This document shows, piece after piece, positions 8,627-15,425 of a DNA stretch of 20,000 nt. Source of the DNA: an uncultured virus (IMG/VR IMGVR_UViG_3300034073_004395) (Duplodnaviria; Heunggongvirae; Uroviricota; Caudoviricetes); the IMG/VR virus record IMGVR_UViG_3300034073_004395; one strand, 5' to 3'. Below the pieces are notes generated by a model. It was not told where the DNA came from. It saw only the letters and a program-made list of their open reading frames with translations, and searched no databases. The stretch's first letter is position 1, and each line of letters opens with the position of its first letter. A program made the translations under genes and the position numbers.

Positions 8627-9426
8627 TGCCCTGTTACGATCTATGTCTCGACGCCCTTTCGATGCCTTCTCTCGCCCGCTACGAACCCAATCGGCTTCAG
8701 ATCAACAACCGTCGTTACTATTGCTTGCAAAATTTTCCAAATGCCCCAGAAGGCATTGTTTTGCCCTCTGTGACGACTATTGCGAGCGCGTGTTCGCCGC
8801 CTGGCAAGATTGCAGCGCTCATGAACTGGCGCAAGAAAGTAGGCAATGAAGAAGCCAATCGTCGTACACGCTCTGCTGTAGAACGTGGCAATTGGCTTCA
8901 TGGCGTGCTAGAAGATTTCTGGAACGGCGAGGACATCAACTGTCATCTTGACTCCCATCCATTGTTTGTTCCTTATTTCGACAGCATTGCCAACTTCCTA
9001 ACTAGCGTGGCCAGTCCATTGTTGGTGGAAAGTGCCATTGCTTGGTATTGCCCCTCCACTGAAACTGGCTATTCGGGCACGTTTGACATGCTTGCGACCA
9101 TGGGCAACGGTAATATCGCCTTGCTCGATTGGAAGACAAGCTACAAGCAAAAGCCTGATACGCAGTTAGGCGACTACCGCATGCAGCTCGGAGCTTATTC
9201 CCAAGCCATTGAGCAGATGTATGGCATCGAAATCAACGAGGCGCATTGCGCTATCGCCATTTACGATCCCGATACGGGCAAAGGACAGGAGGCTCAAATC
9301 GTGAGCCTTGATGGCACTGATCTTGCCATGCAGGCAGGGATCATGGCTCAGAAGACGCAACAGTACTTTTTCGAGCACTACCCTGGCGGACGCCCCTTAA
9401 CCATTTCTATGGACCGTGGAGCTTGA
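8626..9426 (+). CDS. PD-(D/E)XK exonuclease
   Basis: LPSVTTI, RGNWLH, YSGTFD, LLDWKTS and QLGAY motifs typical of phage Cas4/RecB-like exonucleases. Confidence 0.85.
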   Translation: MPCYDLCLDALSMPSLARYEPNRLQINNRRYYCLQNFPNAPEGIVLPSVTTIASACSPPGKIAALMNWRKKVGNEEANRRTRSAVERGNWLHGVLEDFWNGEDINCHLDSHPLFVPYFDSIANFLTSVASPLLVESAIAWYCPSTETGYSGTFDMLATMGNGNIALLDWKTSYKQKPDTQLGDYRMQLGAYSQAIEQMYGIEINEAHCAIAIYDPDTGKGQEAQIVSLDGTDLAMQAGIMAQKTQQYFFEHYPGGRPLTISMDRGA

Positions 9427-9450
9427 CTCCCCGTCTGCACCAGCTATGCT
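9423..9450 (+). promoter_or_regulatory. Putative sigma70 promoter
   Basis: TTGACT (9423-9428), 16-nt spacer, TATGCT (9445-9450). Confidence 0.5.
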
Positions 9451-9497
9451 TCTAGAGCCCCTCCAGGGCCGACCACTCTCCTTCTGAGGAACACTAC

Positions 9498-9782
9498 ATG
9501 CCCTCTGGCAATCTCCCCGTTTTCAGCGGTACTGTCGATCTCACCCCCGACATTCTGAATGCAGCCAAAAAGGCTGGTCCCAATGCACAAGGAAACTACA
9601 GCTTCCGCGTGGCACTGTGGAACAACGACAAGCGTGACAAGGACACAGCTCCTCATTTCAAAGGGCAAGTGACTGTCAACAAGATGGAAAATAGCCCTAA
9701 AGCTTATTCTTCCTTCTGGCAGAACGGCGAAAGCGCAGGTAGCAGCTTCGCATCATCTTCGTCTAACGACGATCTGTTCTGA
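9498..9782 (+). CDS. Putative ssDNA-binding protein (DUF736-like)
   Basis: VALWNNDKRDKDTAPHFKGQV and an acidic DDLF C-terminus; GAGG RBS; lies next to the exonuclease. Confidence 0.6.
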   Translation: MPSGNLPVFSGTVDLTPDILNAAKKAGPNAQGNYSFRVALWNNDKRDKDTAPHFKGQVTVNKMENSPKAYSSFWQNGESAGSSFASSSSNDDLF

Positions 9783-9982
9783 TGACGAAACGCTCCGAAC
9801 CCACTGACTGGCCTGTCTATCTTTTGGCATTGGTCATTGCCTTGGGACTTAGTTTTGGAGCGGCATGTGTAGGGGCATGGGCGGTCCAGTCAATCTGGCC
9901 GTCTGTGCCCTTTTGGCCTGCCGCAATTTTGATTTGGCTCGTCATGGGCTTGTTTTCTCGCTCTTCAAAAAGTGCTTCTTAA
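9782..9982 (+). CDS. Small membrane protein
   Basis: Two hydrophobic segments. Confidence 0.6.
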   Translation: MTKRSEPTDWPVYLLALVIALGLSFGAACVGAWAVQSIWPSVPFWPAAILIWLVMGLFSRSSKSAS

Positions 9983-10559
9983 CGACAAGCAAATTAGCAT
10001 TCTTGCTGAAAACGACATCATCTTTCCTTTCACTGGAGAGAAGCGTCGTGAATTAGACAATGGTACGAAAGCATTGTCTTACGGACTGTCTCACGCTGGT
10101 TATGACCTGCGCCTTTCTCCTGAAGGCTTTATGGTCATTGATAACAGCGTAAGTAAGGACTTCCCTCTGGATGTGAAAAGCTTCGACACGGAGCTGATGG
10201 AAGAGCAGACGCCTCGGCAAGAAAATGGCAGCACGTTCTTTGTGCTTCCGCCTTTTTCCTACGCTCTTGGCGTTAGCCTTGAACGCATCTCGATGCCTAA
10301 CAATGTGATGGGCATCACGGATGGGAAGTCAACGTATGCTCGTCAAGGGACCATTCTTAACGTCTGCCCAATTGAGCCTGGCTGGTCTGGTCATCTTACT
10401 ATTTGTATTATCAACCCCCTGGCTTTTCCAGTTCGCATTTATGCCAATGAAGGCATTGTCCAAGTAATGTTTTTGCAGATGGAAAGTGAAGCTGCGAAGG
10501 CTTACGGCGAAGGCAAGTATCAGAATCAAGGCAGTCGCCCAGCTTTTGCAACCGTTTAA
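9972..10559 (+). CDS. dcd: dCTP deaminase
   Basis: LSYGLSHAGYDLRL, GKSTYARQG, PIEPGWSGHLT, IYANEGIVQ and GKYQNQ motifs. Confidence 0.92.
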   Translation: MLLNDKQISILAENDIIFPFTGEKRRELDNGTKALSYGLSHAGYDLRLSPEGFMVIDNSVSKDFPLDVKSFDTELMEEQTPRQENGSTFFVLPPFSYALGVSLERISMPNNVMGITDGKSTYARQGTILNVCPIEPGWSGHLTICIINPLAFPVRIYANEGIVQVMFLQMESEAAKAYGEGKYQNQGSRPAFATV

Positions 10560-10569
10560 CTCAAAGTCT

Positions 10570-10578
10570 TGCTAAGCT
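10570..10578 (+). promoter_or_regulatory. Putative extended -10 promoter
   Basis: TGcTAAGCT; the predicted start (~10584) coincides with the start of the pentamer tract. Confidence 0.45.
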
Positions 10579-10583
10579 GTTTT

Positions 10584-10656
10584 TGCTCGGCGGGTTTCGG
10601 CATCGCGGGGTGTGCTACGGCTTGGCATAACATGGCGAGGAGGGCGCAAGCCCTCC
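10584..10656 (+). ncRNA. Solitary GGY-NN pentamer-repeat unit with 3' GNRA hairpin (putative guide RNA)
   Basis: TGC-TC GGC-GG GTT-TC GGC-AT CGC-GG GGT-GT GCT-AC GGC-TT GGC-AT AAC-AT GGC-GA, then GGAGGGC-GCAA-GCCCTCC. Confidence 0.65.
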
Positions 10657-10674
10657 TTCTCATTATCTGCACTC

Positions 10675-11094
10675 ATGAAAAAGCCAGCCACTGATTACTA
10701 CAGCCGATACATGCTCTCCGAAACTTGGGCCGAAAAACGGCTAGAGAGGCTTGACGTTGATGGGTATTGCTGCCAAACTTGTGGTAGTCGCGAAGACCTG
10801 GAGGTCCACCACAAATACGGCGGACCGCCAGACTACCACTACCCCAAGCCATTGGGGCGAGAGTCACTTTCCGACTTGATCACACTCTGCAAGCACTGCC
10901 ACGAAGCCATCACAGACAGCGTTCGCCGTCGTAAGCATGAGCTTCAAGGAGTCCCTGCAATTATTGATCACAAGACCACACGACCCTCATTGTCTTTTAA
11001 CAATGGCTCAACAGCAGTACACCTTCAAGATCACGGGGATTGCCCCGTTGATCGTCCACAACGGCGAATTGGCCGACCCATTTTACGCTTTTAG
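10675..11094 (+). CDS. HNH endonuclease
   Basis: CQTCG...LEVHH...DLITLCKHCHEAI. Likely start is ATG 10675; the GTG extension runs through the repeat unit. The 3' end overlaps the next gene by 92 nt. Confidence 0.85.
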   Translation: MKKPATDYYSRYMLSETWAEKRLERLDVDGYCCQTCGSREDLEVHHKYGGPPDYHYPKPLGRESLSDLITLCKHCHEAITDSVRRRKHELQGVPAIIDHKTTRPSLSFNNGSTAVHLQDHGDCPVDRPQRRIGRPILRF

Positions 11095-11602
11095 CCAAGA
11101 AATCAAAAAGATTTCGGGCAAGCGCAAGAAAACTGAAGCCGATCATGAGATGATGGCCAAGCTTGAATGGCGTGGCGGTCTCTATGTGAACGAAGGCAAG
11201 TTGATTGTTCCTTCAGACTGCTTTGAAGCATCACTCGTGGGGGCGGCTAAGCTTTCTCGCCTTGGCAAGGATGCGGCTCGCGGCTTGTTTGTGGAAGACC
11301 ACTTGCTGATTTGTGGAGACGGCATTCCTGATTCCGTGGATGAAGAGGCTCTTGACGCTATGTACGAAAGCGGCAAGTTCACCTTCCGCAAGGGAGTTCG
11401 CGTAGGCACTGCGAAGGTCATGCGCACTCGTCCCATCTTTGGGCTTGGATGGTGGTCACAAGCCACTATTGTCTTTAACGACGCCGTTTTCAATAAACAG
11501 CAAATTGAAGATTTAGCCGAAGCCGCTGGCTCTCAGATTGGACTTTGTGAATGGCGGCCTCGCTTCGGTCGGTTTGCAGTGAGCGAAGGGCAATTCTCTT
11601 GA
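11003..11602 (+). CDS. Stand-alone RAMP/Cas7-like protein (199 aa), putative effector of the adjacent repeat-RNA array
   Basis: N-terminal strand FKITGIAPLIVHNG, LIVPSDCFEASL (cf. RAMP IPGSSLKG) and C-terminal Gly-rich loop GSQIGLCEWRPRFGRF. Fold assignment is by motif resemblance only. Confidence 0.65.
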   Translation: MAQQQYTFKITGIAPLIVHNGELADPFYAFSQEIKKISGKRKKTEADHEMMAKLEWRGGLYVNEGKLIVPSDCFEASLVGAAKLSRLGKDAARGLFVEDHLLICGDGIPDSVDEEALDAMYESGKFTFRKGVRVGTAKVMRTRPIFGLGWWSQATIVFNDAVFNKQQIEDLAEAAGSQIGLCEWRPRFGRFAVSEGQFS

Positions 11603-11627
11603 CAGCTAGGCGTTAAGGGTTTATGAT
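11599..11627 (+). promoter_or_regulatory. sigma70 promoter driving the array
   Basis: TTGACA (11599-11604, overlapping the stop codon), 17-nt spacer, TATGAT (11622-11627). Confidence 0.8.
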
Positions 11628-11628
11628 T

Positions 11629-11659
11629 AAGGCTCCCACTCAAGGGAGCCTTTTCTTTT
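11629..11659 (+). terminator. Intrinsic terminator after the RAMP-like gene
   Basis: GGCTCCC-ACTCAA-GGGAGCC followed by TTTTCTTTT. Confidence 0.7.
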
Positions 11660-12066
11660 GGTCGGGGGCTGGGTCCGCTGCGGCGGGGCGGGGCTGAGCA
11701 CGGCGAGGCAAGGTTTGGTGGTGCTTGGGCACGAAGAGTGCAACATTTTTTTTTGGCCGGAGGTCCGGCTCGGAACGCTTGGACAAGGCGAGGCGTGGCC
11801 TGGCGGGTCGAGGGCACGAGAAGTGCAAATGCCTTGGTCGGGGGCCGGGCAAGGCGGGGTGGGCAATGGTGTAGCAAGGTAGTTTACGGGCACGAGAAGT
11901 GCGCATTGAGGTCAGTGGCGAGGCGGGGTTCGGAACGGTTCGCTGGGGCAGTGTTCGCCCAGGAAAGCCAGGGGCATGAGGAATGCAATTACTGGGCCAG
12001 AGGTTTGGTGCTGCGTGCTTGGATGAGGCGTGAAAGGCAAGGGTAAGCCACGGGCGCGAGAAGCGC
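11660..12066 (+). ncRNA. Array of five GGY-NN pentamer-repeat RNA units (putative guide RNAs)
   Basis: Units at 11660-11741, 11755-11826, 11836-11902, 11910-11986 and 11995-12066. Each has a GGYCRGN leader, then 12/10/9/11/10 in-phase pentamers, then GG plus a GCRY-GARRA-RYGC hairpin. Confidence 0.85.
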
Positions 12067-12080
12067 GTTAATATTTGCCT

Positions 12081-12455
12081 ATGAGCGCTCTTGAAGACAA
12101 CTTCCTTAAAGCATGGCTGCTCATTGCGCCAGACCTTTCTCTTGAGCGCGAATATTCAGCTATTGAATCATGGGAGCAAGACTTCCAACAGCGCTACGCC
12201 AAAAGCAAACGCAGCAAACGCTATCGAGCTGACTTTGCTCACATTGAAGCAAAAATCATTGTCGAAGTGCAGGGAGGAACATGGAATCGCGGACGCCATG
12301 TTCAAGCATCAGGCTATGCCAGAGATGCCAGAAAGTTCAATCTTGCGCAATTCTCTGATTGGCAAGTGTTTCTCCTCGTTTCAGAAACGGCAACAGACCA
12401 AGCAGTGCTACAGCAAATCGCTCAACACATTCGTCATCGCCTACTACAAAAATAG
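12081..12455 (+). CDS. Vsr/DUF559-like PD-(D/E)XK endonuclease
   Basis: SALE..., YRADFA, IIVEVQGGTWNRGRH, YARDARKFNLAQ...WQVF. Confidence 0.8.
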   Translation: MSALEDNFLKAWLLIAPDLSLEREYSAIESWEQDFQQRYAKSKRSKRYRADFAHIEAKIIVEVQGGTWNRGRHVQASGYARDARKFNLAQFSDWQVFLLVSETATDQAVLQQIAQHIRHRLLQK

Positions 12456-12456
12456 C

Positions 12457-12834
12457 TTACTTCCCAAACGGCCAAAGAAATCGCCTGGCTTGAGAAGATT
12501 GCTGCTGTTCTGAGAATGCCTTAATGGTTTCACCGGCTTCCCCAAGTAAGGCATCTGCTGCTTCTAAGTCCATTTGCTGGATTTGCATGGCTTGACGCAG
12601 CTCAAGATTCTCCTTAACGAGCGAAGCCGTAGCATCTTGCATGTTGCTCCAGCCTTGCATCATGTTCCATGCCACTTCTTTAATTTTTGCAATATCGTTA
12701 CATTCGTCCAATGCTTTTTTATTGGCAACAAGGGCAAAGTCCCTTTCCATGCTCCGTTCAAAAGGCCCCATTTCAGTAATGTAGTCACGTCCGTTGTAGC
12801 TTAATGCTACTGGAACACTGAAAAGCCTTGACAT
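12457..12834 (-). CDS. Hypothetical coiled-coil protein
   Basis: 125-aa ATG ORF filling the gap between plus-strand genes. Confidence 0.65.
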   Translation of the reverse strand: MSRLFSVPVALSYNGRDYITEMGPFERSMERDFALVANKKALDECNDIAKIKEVAWNMMQGWSNMQDATASLVKENLELRQAMQIQQMDLEAADALLGEAGETIKAFSEQQQSSQARRFLWPFGK

Positions 12835-12864
12835 TGATCCCTAGTCGTTTGCTTTAGCCTAGCG

Positions 12865-13200
12865 ATGCAGAGAAATGGCAGGCAGTTTGTTTACCCAGTG
12901 GACGATGGAAGGAAAGCCGAAAAGCTTGGTACGGCTTCCTTCAGAGCCCTCCCGAAAACGCCAGTGTCCCACACTTGGGAAGTTGGGCAAACCGTCGTGT
13001 ACGTACAATATACGGCCGCTGGTTGGATGCCTACTAGTTTGATCGGCACCATTGCCGCCATCGTGAAAGACGGAAGACAAAGCAAAGCTCGCATTGTCTG
13101 GCACTCTGAAACGAAGCTGGCGCCTATCATTGGCTTCCAGAGGCTCCACCCCTTCCTCTTGATTCATGACTTTATCTCCAACTCACGACGATCCCCTTGA
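12865..13200 (+). CDS. Hypothetical protein
   Basis: 111-aa ORF with a beta-rich, SH3-like pattern (WEVGQTVVYV). Confidence 0.6.
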   Translation: MQRNGRQFVYPVDDGRKAEKLGTASFRALPKTPVSHTWEVGQTVVYVQYTAAGWMPTSLIGTIAAIVKDGRQSKARIVWHSETKLAPIIGFQRLHPFLLIHDFISNSRRSP

Positions 13201-13384
13201 GACTATTAGCAAGGGCATTGCTGAAATCCTTGTCGCTTTTGGCTTGATTTGCCTGCGGTCATGGTTGCTAAGTATTTGCGTGGGATGGATTTTCCCTGCA
13301 TTTACGCTTGGTTTTTGGCAGTGGGTGCTAATTGCCATTACTATTCGCATGCTCATTTGGCCTACCAACAAAATCAACAAATGA
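13166..13384 (+). CDS. Small membrane protein
   Basis: Hydrophobic segments; ATGA overlap with thyX. Confidence 0.6.
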   Translation: MTLSPTHDDPLETISKGIAEILVAFGLICLRSWLLSICVGWIFPAFTLGFWQWVLIAITIRMLIWPTNKINK

Positions 13385-14100
13385 CTTCTTCTCCTCTTCA
13401 AACAATTGATCCCCTCTGTGACGGTATTAGCTTTGTCAGGCTCATTGATTGGATGGGAACTTCGCTTGACATCGTTTGTGATGCGCGGCAAAGTTTCGAT
13501 CAAGCCTCTTTTGAATGGACTGATAAGGATCAGAAGCTTCTTAACTATTTGGTGAAGCATCAGCACACCAGCCCCTTCAGGGGAGTTGTTACGAAATGGC
13601 AAGTAAAAGCTCCGCTCTTTATTTGTCGTCAATGGTGGAAGCATGTCATTGGTGGTACATTTGCCAATGATCAACTTGGCTGGAATGAAAAGAGCTTTCG
13701 TTATTGCGAAGCAGATGATGACGTGTATTACATGCCTCGTCAGTTCAGGCAGCAAAGCGCCAGTAACAAGCAAGCCTCTGCCGGCCCTCTAGAGCCCTCT
13801 ATGAACCAAATGGCGATGATTGAATATGCCAAGGCGCTAGAGCAGGCCAAGCAGGCTTACAAGGCCCTTTTGACGCTGGGCGTGAGCAAGGAGCAGGCTC
13901 GTGGCATCATGCCAATGAGTGCATATTCTTCCTTTACGTGGACCTGTAGTTTGCAAGCCCTTCTGCATTTCCTTTCATTGCGCGATAAGCCTGATGCGCA
14001 AGGCGAAATCCAATGCTACGCTCAAGCCTTGGCCACATTGGCCCGCCCTCTCTTTAAAGAAGCTTTCCAAGCATTCGAGGAAAATGGCAATGCCTTTTGA
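13381..14100 (+). CDS. thyX: FAD-dependent thymidylate synthase
   Basis: DARQSF, KLLNYLVKHQHTSPF, APLFICRQWWKH, WNEKSFRY, GVSKEQARGIMP, LLHFLSLR...AQGEIQ. Start is ATG 13381. Confidence 0.92.
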   Translation: MTSSPLQTIDPLCDGISFVRLIDWMGTSLDIVCDARQSFDQASFEWTDKDQKLLNYLVKHQHTSPFRGVVTKWQVKAPLFICRQWWKHVIGGTFANDQLGWNEKSFRYCEADDDVYYMPRQFRQQSASNKQASAGPLEPSMNQMAMIEYAKALEQAKQAYKALLTLGVSKEQARGIMPMSAYSSFTWTCSLQALLHFLSLRDKPDAQGEIQCYAQALATLARPLFKEAFQAFEENGNAF

Positions 14101-14467
14101 ACAAGCTCCCGTTGTTTCTCATCCCGTGCATCATCCCTCTCACTACAATAATGGCGGTATTGAAGCCATTGAGGGCATTGAGGCAAGCATGAGCCCTGAA
14201 GCCTATCACGGCTTTTGCAAGGGCAATGTGATCAAATACGTTTGGCGCTACGAAAAGAAAGGCGGCCTTGAAGATCTGCAAAAGGCAAATTGGTATCTCA
14301 ATCAAATTATTTTTGCCCTTGAAACTGATCAAGAACGCGAAGCTCTTGCGGCCATTGAAAATAATATTGACAATGGCTGCAAAGATGGCGTGTGCCCTAT
14401 TCCTGGTATTCGTTTCGATCTTCCCCCAAAAGAAGGCGATCTATTCGCGCCAGTAGATAAAGCCTAA
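14084..14467 (+). CDS. DUF3310 protein (T7 gp1.7-like nucleotide kinase family)
   Basis: VHHPSHY...IEAIE...GFCKGNVIKYVWRYEKKGGLEDLQKANWYL. Confidence 0.85.
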   Translation: MAMPFEQAPVVSHPVHHPSHYNNGGIEAIEGIEASMSPEAYHGFCKGNVIKYVWRYEKKGGLEDLQKANWYLNQIIFALETDQEREALAAIENNIDNGCKDGVCPIPGIRFDLPPKEGDLFAPVDKA

Positions 14468-14946
14468 GCTGCCTGCCATTCTGTATAGCAAAAGCCCCCA
14501 GAAATGGGGGCTTCTTCTTTTGACGGTGGAATGTAATAATCACGCTCCTCCGCAAATGCTTCAATATCCTGCAATGAAGTGTGGGCGCTAACAAAACTAT
14601 TGTGATGCACCCATGCCAACAAAATCTCTTCTCGCTTTTCAGTCCAGAAGCGCTGCGGACGCCACCATTCAAAAATAGGCTCCGCCCCTTTCAGTAAATT
14701 ACATGCTTGACAACTTGGCACTAAATTATATTTTGCAAAATGAGGCCCGCCTTTGCTTTTGGGCACAATGTGATCAATAGTTAGCTTCTGATCCCATCGC
14801 CCACAATACGCACAGGCGCATTGTCCAAGCGGCCCTCGCAGCGGATAATCTTCAAAAATACTCTTACGGAATCTCCTTCTAGCGTCTCCAGGGCGAAGTT
14901 CAATGAGAGAGTAAAGCAGCTCATCGGGACCATTCGCTCTTGGCAT
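14464..14946 (-). CDS. HNH endonuclease
   Basis: CAYCG...LTIDHIVPKSKGG...NLVPSCQACNLLKG. Likely ATG at 14946. Confidence 0.9.
   Translation of the reverse strand: MPRANGPDELLYSLIELRPGDARRRFRKSIFEDYPLRGPLGQCACAYCGRWDQKLTIDHIVPKSKGGPHFAKYNLVPSCQACNLLKGAEPIFEWWRPQRFWTEKREEILLAWVHHNSFVSAHTSLQDIEAFAEERDYYIPPSKEEAPISGGFCYTEWQAA
14492..14521 (+). terminator. Intrinsic terminator
   Basis: AAGCCCCCA-GAAA-TGGGGGCTT then CTTCTTTT, inside the 3' end of the convergent HNH gene. Confidence 0.65.
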
Positions 14947-15033
14947 GGCACTATTTACTTTTTCTGCAAACAATCTAACGGGCAACAAGCAAATAATGCG
15001 TTTTAGCTAATATAAAAATTGCAGGGAATCTCC

Positions 15034-15243
15034 ATGGAACCATTCAAAGAGGGCATGGCCAATTTTGTGGCCACTATCACGGCTGGCATGCTTCTTTCCA
15101 CTGGAGCCATGCTTATCACTGTTGGCAATCAACAAGCAAGAGTGGCAGTACAAATTGAAAGCGTCACTGAAAAACTTAGCGCTCTGACGGACAAAATGAG
15201 CGATATTGAAACAAGAGTGCGCAGCCTTGAGATTAAACGCTAG
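15034..15243 (+). CDS. Membrane-anchored coiled-coil protein (lysis-associated?)
   Basis: One hydrophobic helix followed by a coiled coil; upstream of the endolysin. Confidence 0.6.
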   Translation: MEPFKEGMANFVATITAGMLLSTGAMLITVGNQQARVAVQIESVTEKLSALTDKMSDIETRVRSLEIKR

Positions 15244-15277
15244 GCTTTAAGAACATTCATCTTCTAGGAGAATCATC

Positions 15278-15421
15278 ATGACTGGCGTCGAATGGTTCGT
15301 TGTTGGTGGCATCATTGTTGCTGCTCTTGATCAAATTATTGAGCGCACCCCTTACAAAGAAAATAATATCCTGCAACTGATCTTGACTGGCCTTAAGGCT
15401 ATCTTCCGCGTGAAGGACTGA
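15278..15421 (+). CDS. Putative holin-like small membrane protein (47 aa)
   Basis: MTGVEWFVVGGIIVAALDQIIERTPYKENNILQLILTGLKAIFRVKD*; AGGAG RBS; ends 4 nt before the endolysin start. Confidence 0.6.
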   Translation: MTGVEWFVVGGIIVAALDQIIERTPYKENNILQLILTGLKAIFRVKD

Positions 15422-15425
15422 AGCC

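Noticed and set aside
8626..9426. Exonuclease as a Cas4 adaptation protein for the array
   Set aside because: It lacks a clear four-Cys Fe-S arrangement and sits in a standard SSAP/SSB recombination context.
11667..11726. Unit 1 NN string as a self-target in the primase Zn finger (CPACGG codons)
   Set aside because: Only the first three dinucleotides (TG CC GC) fit before the match breaks; consistent with chance.
11533..12046. Overlapping Pro/Arg/Gly-rich ORFs on both strands across the array
   Set aside because: They are by-products of G-rich, stop-poor repeats. The 5-nt periodicity, dedicated promoter and covarying hairpins point to non-coding function.
11727..12066. Canonical CRISPR array with GGGCACGAGAAGTGC as the repeat
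   Set aside because: The repeat is only ~15 nt and variable. The intervening 59-70-nt segments are themselves periodic rather than unique spacers, and there is no cas1/cas2.
11660..12066. TIGR array or simple microsatellite/G-quadruplex tract
   Set aside because: No box C/D-like motifs or Nop-domain protein are evident. Defined leaders, hairpins and non-repeating dinucleotides argue against slippage repeats.
12828..12860. TTGACA-based promoter upstream of 12865
   Set aside because: The spacing to the nearest -10-like box (TAGCCT) is 21 nt, and the hexamer lies within the start of the opposite-strand gene.
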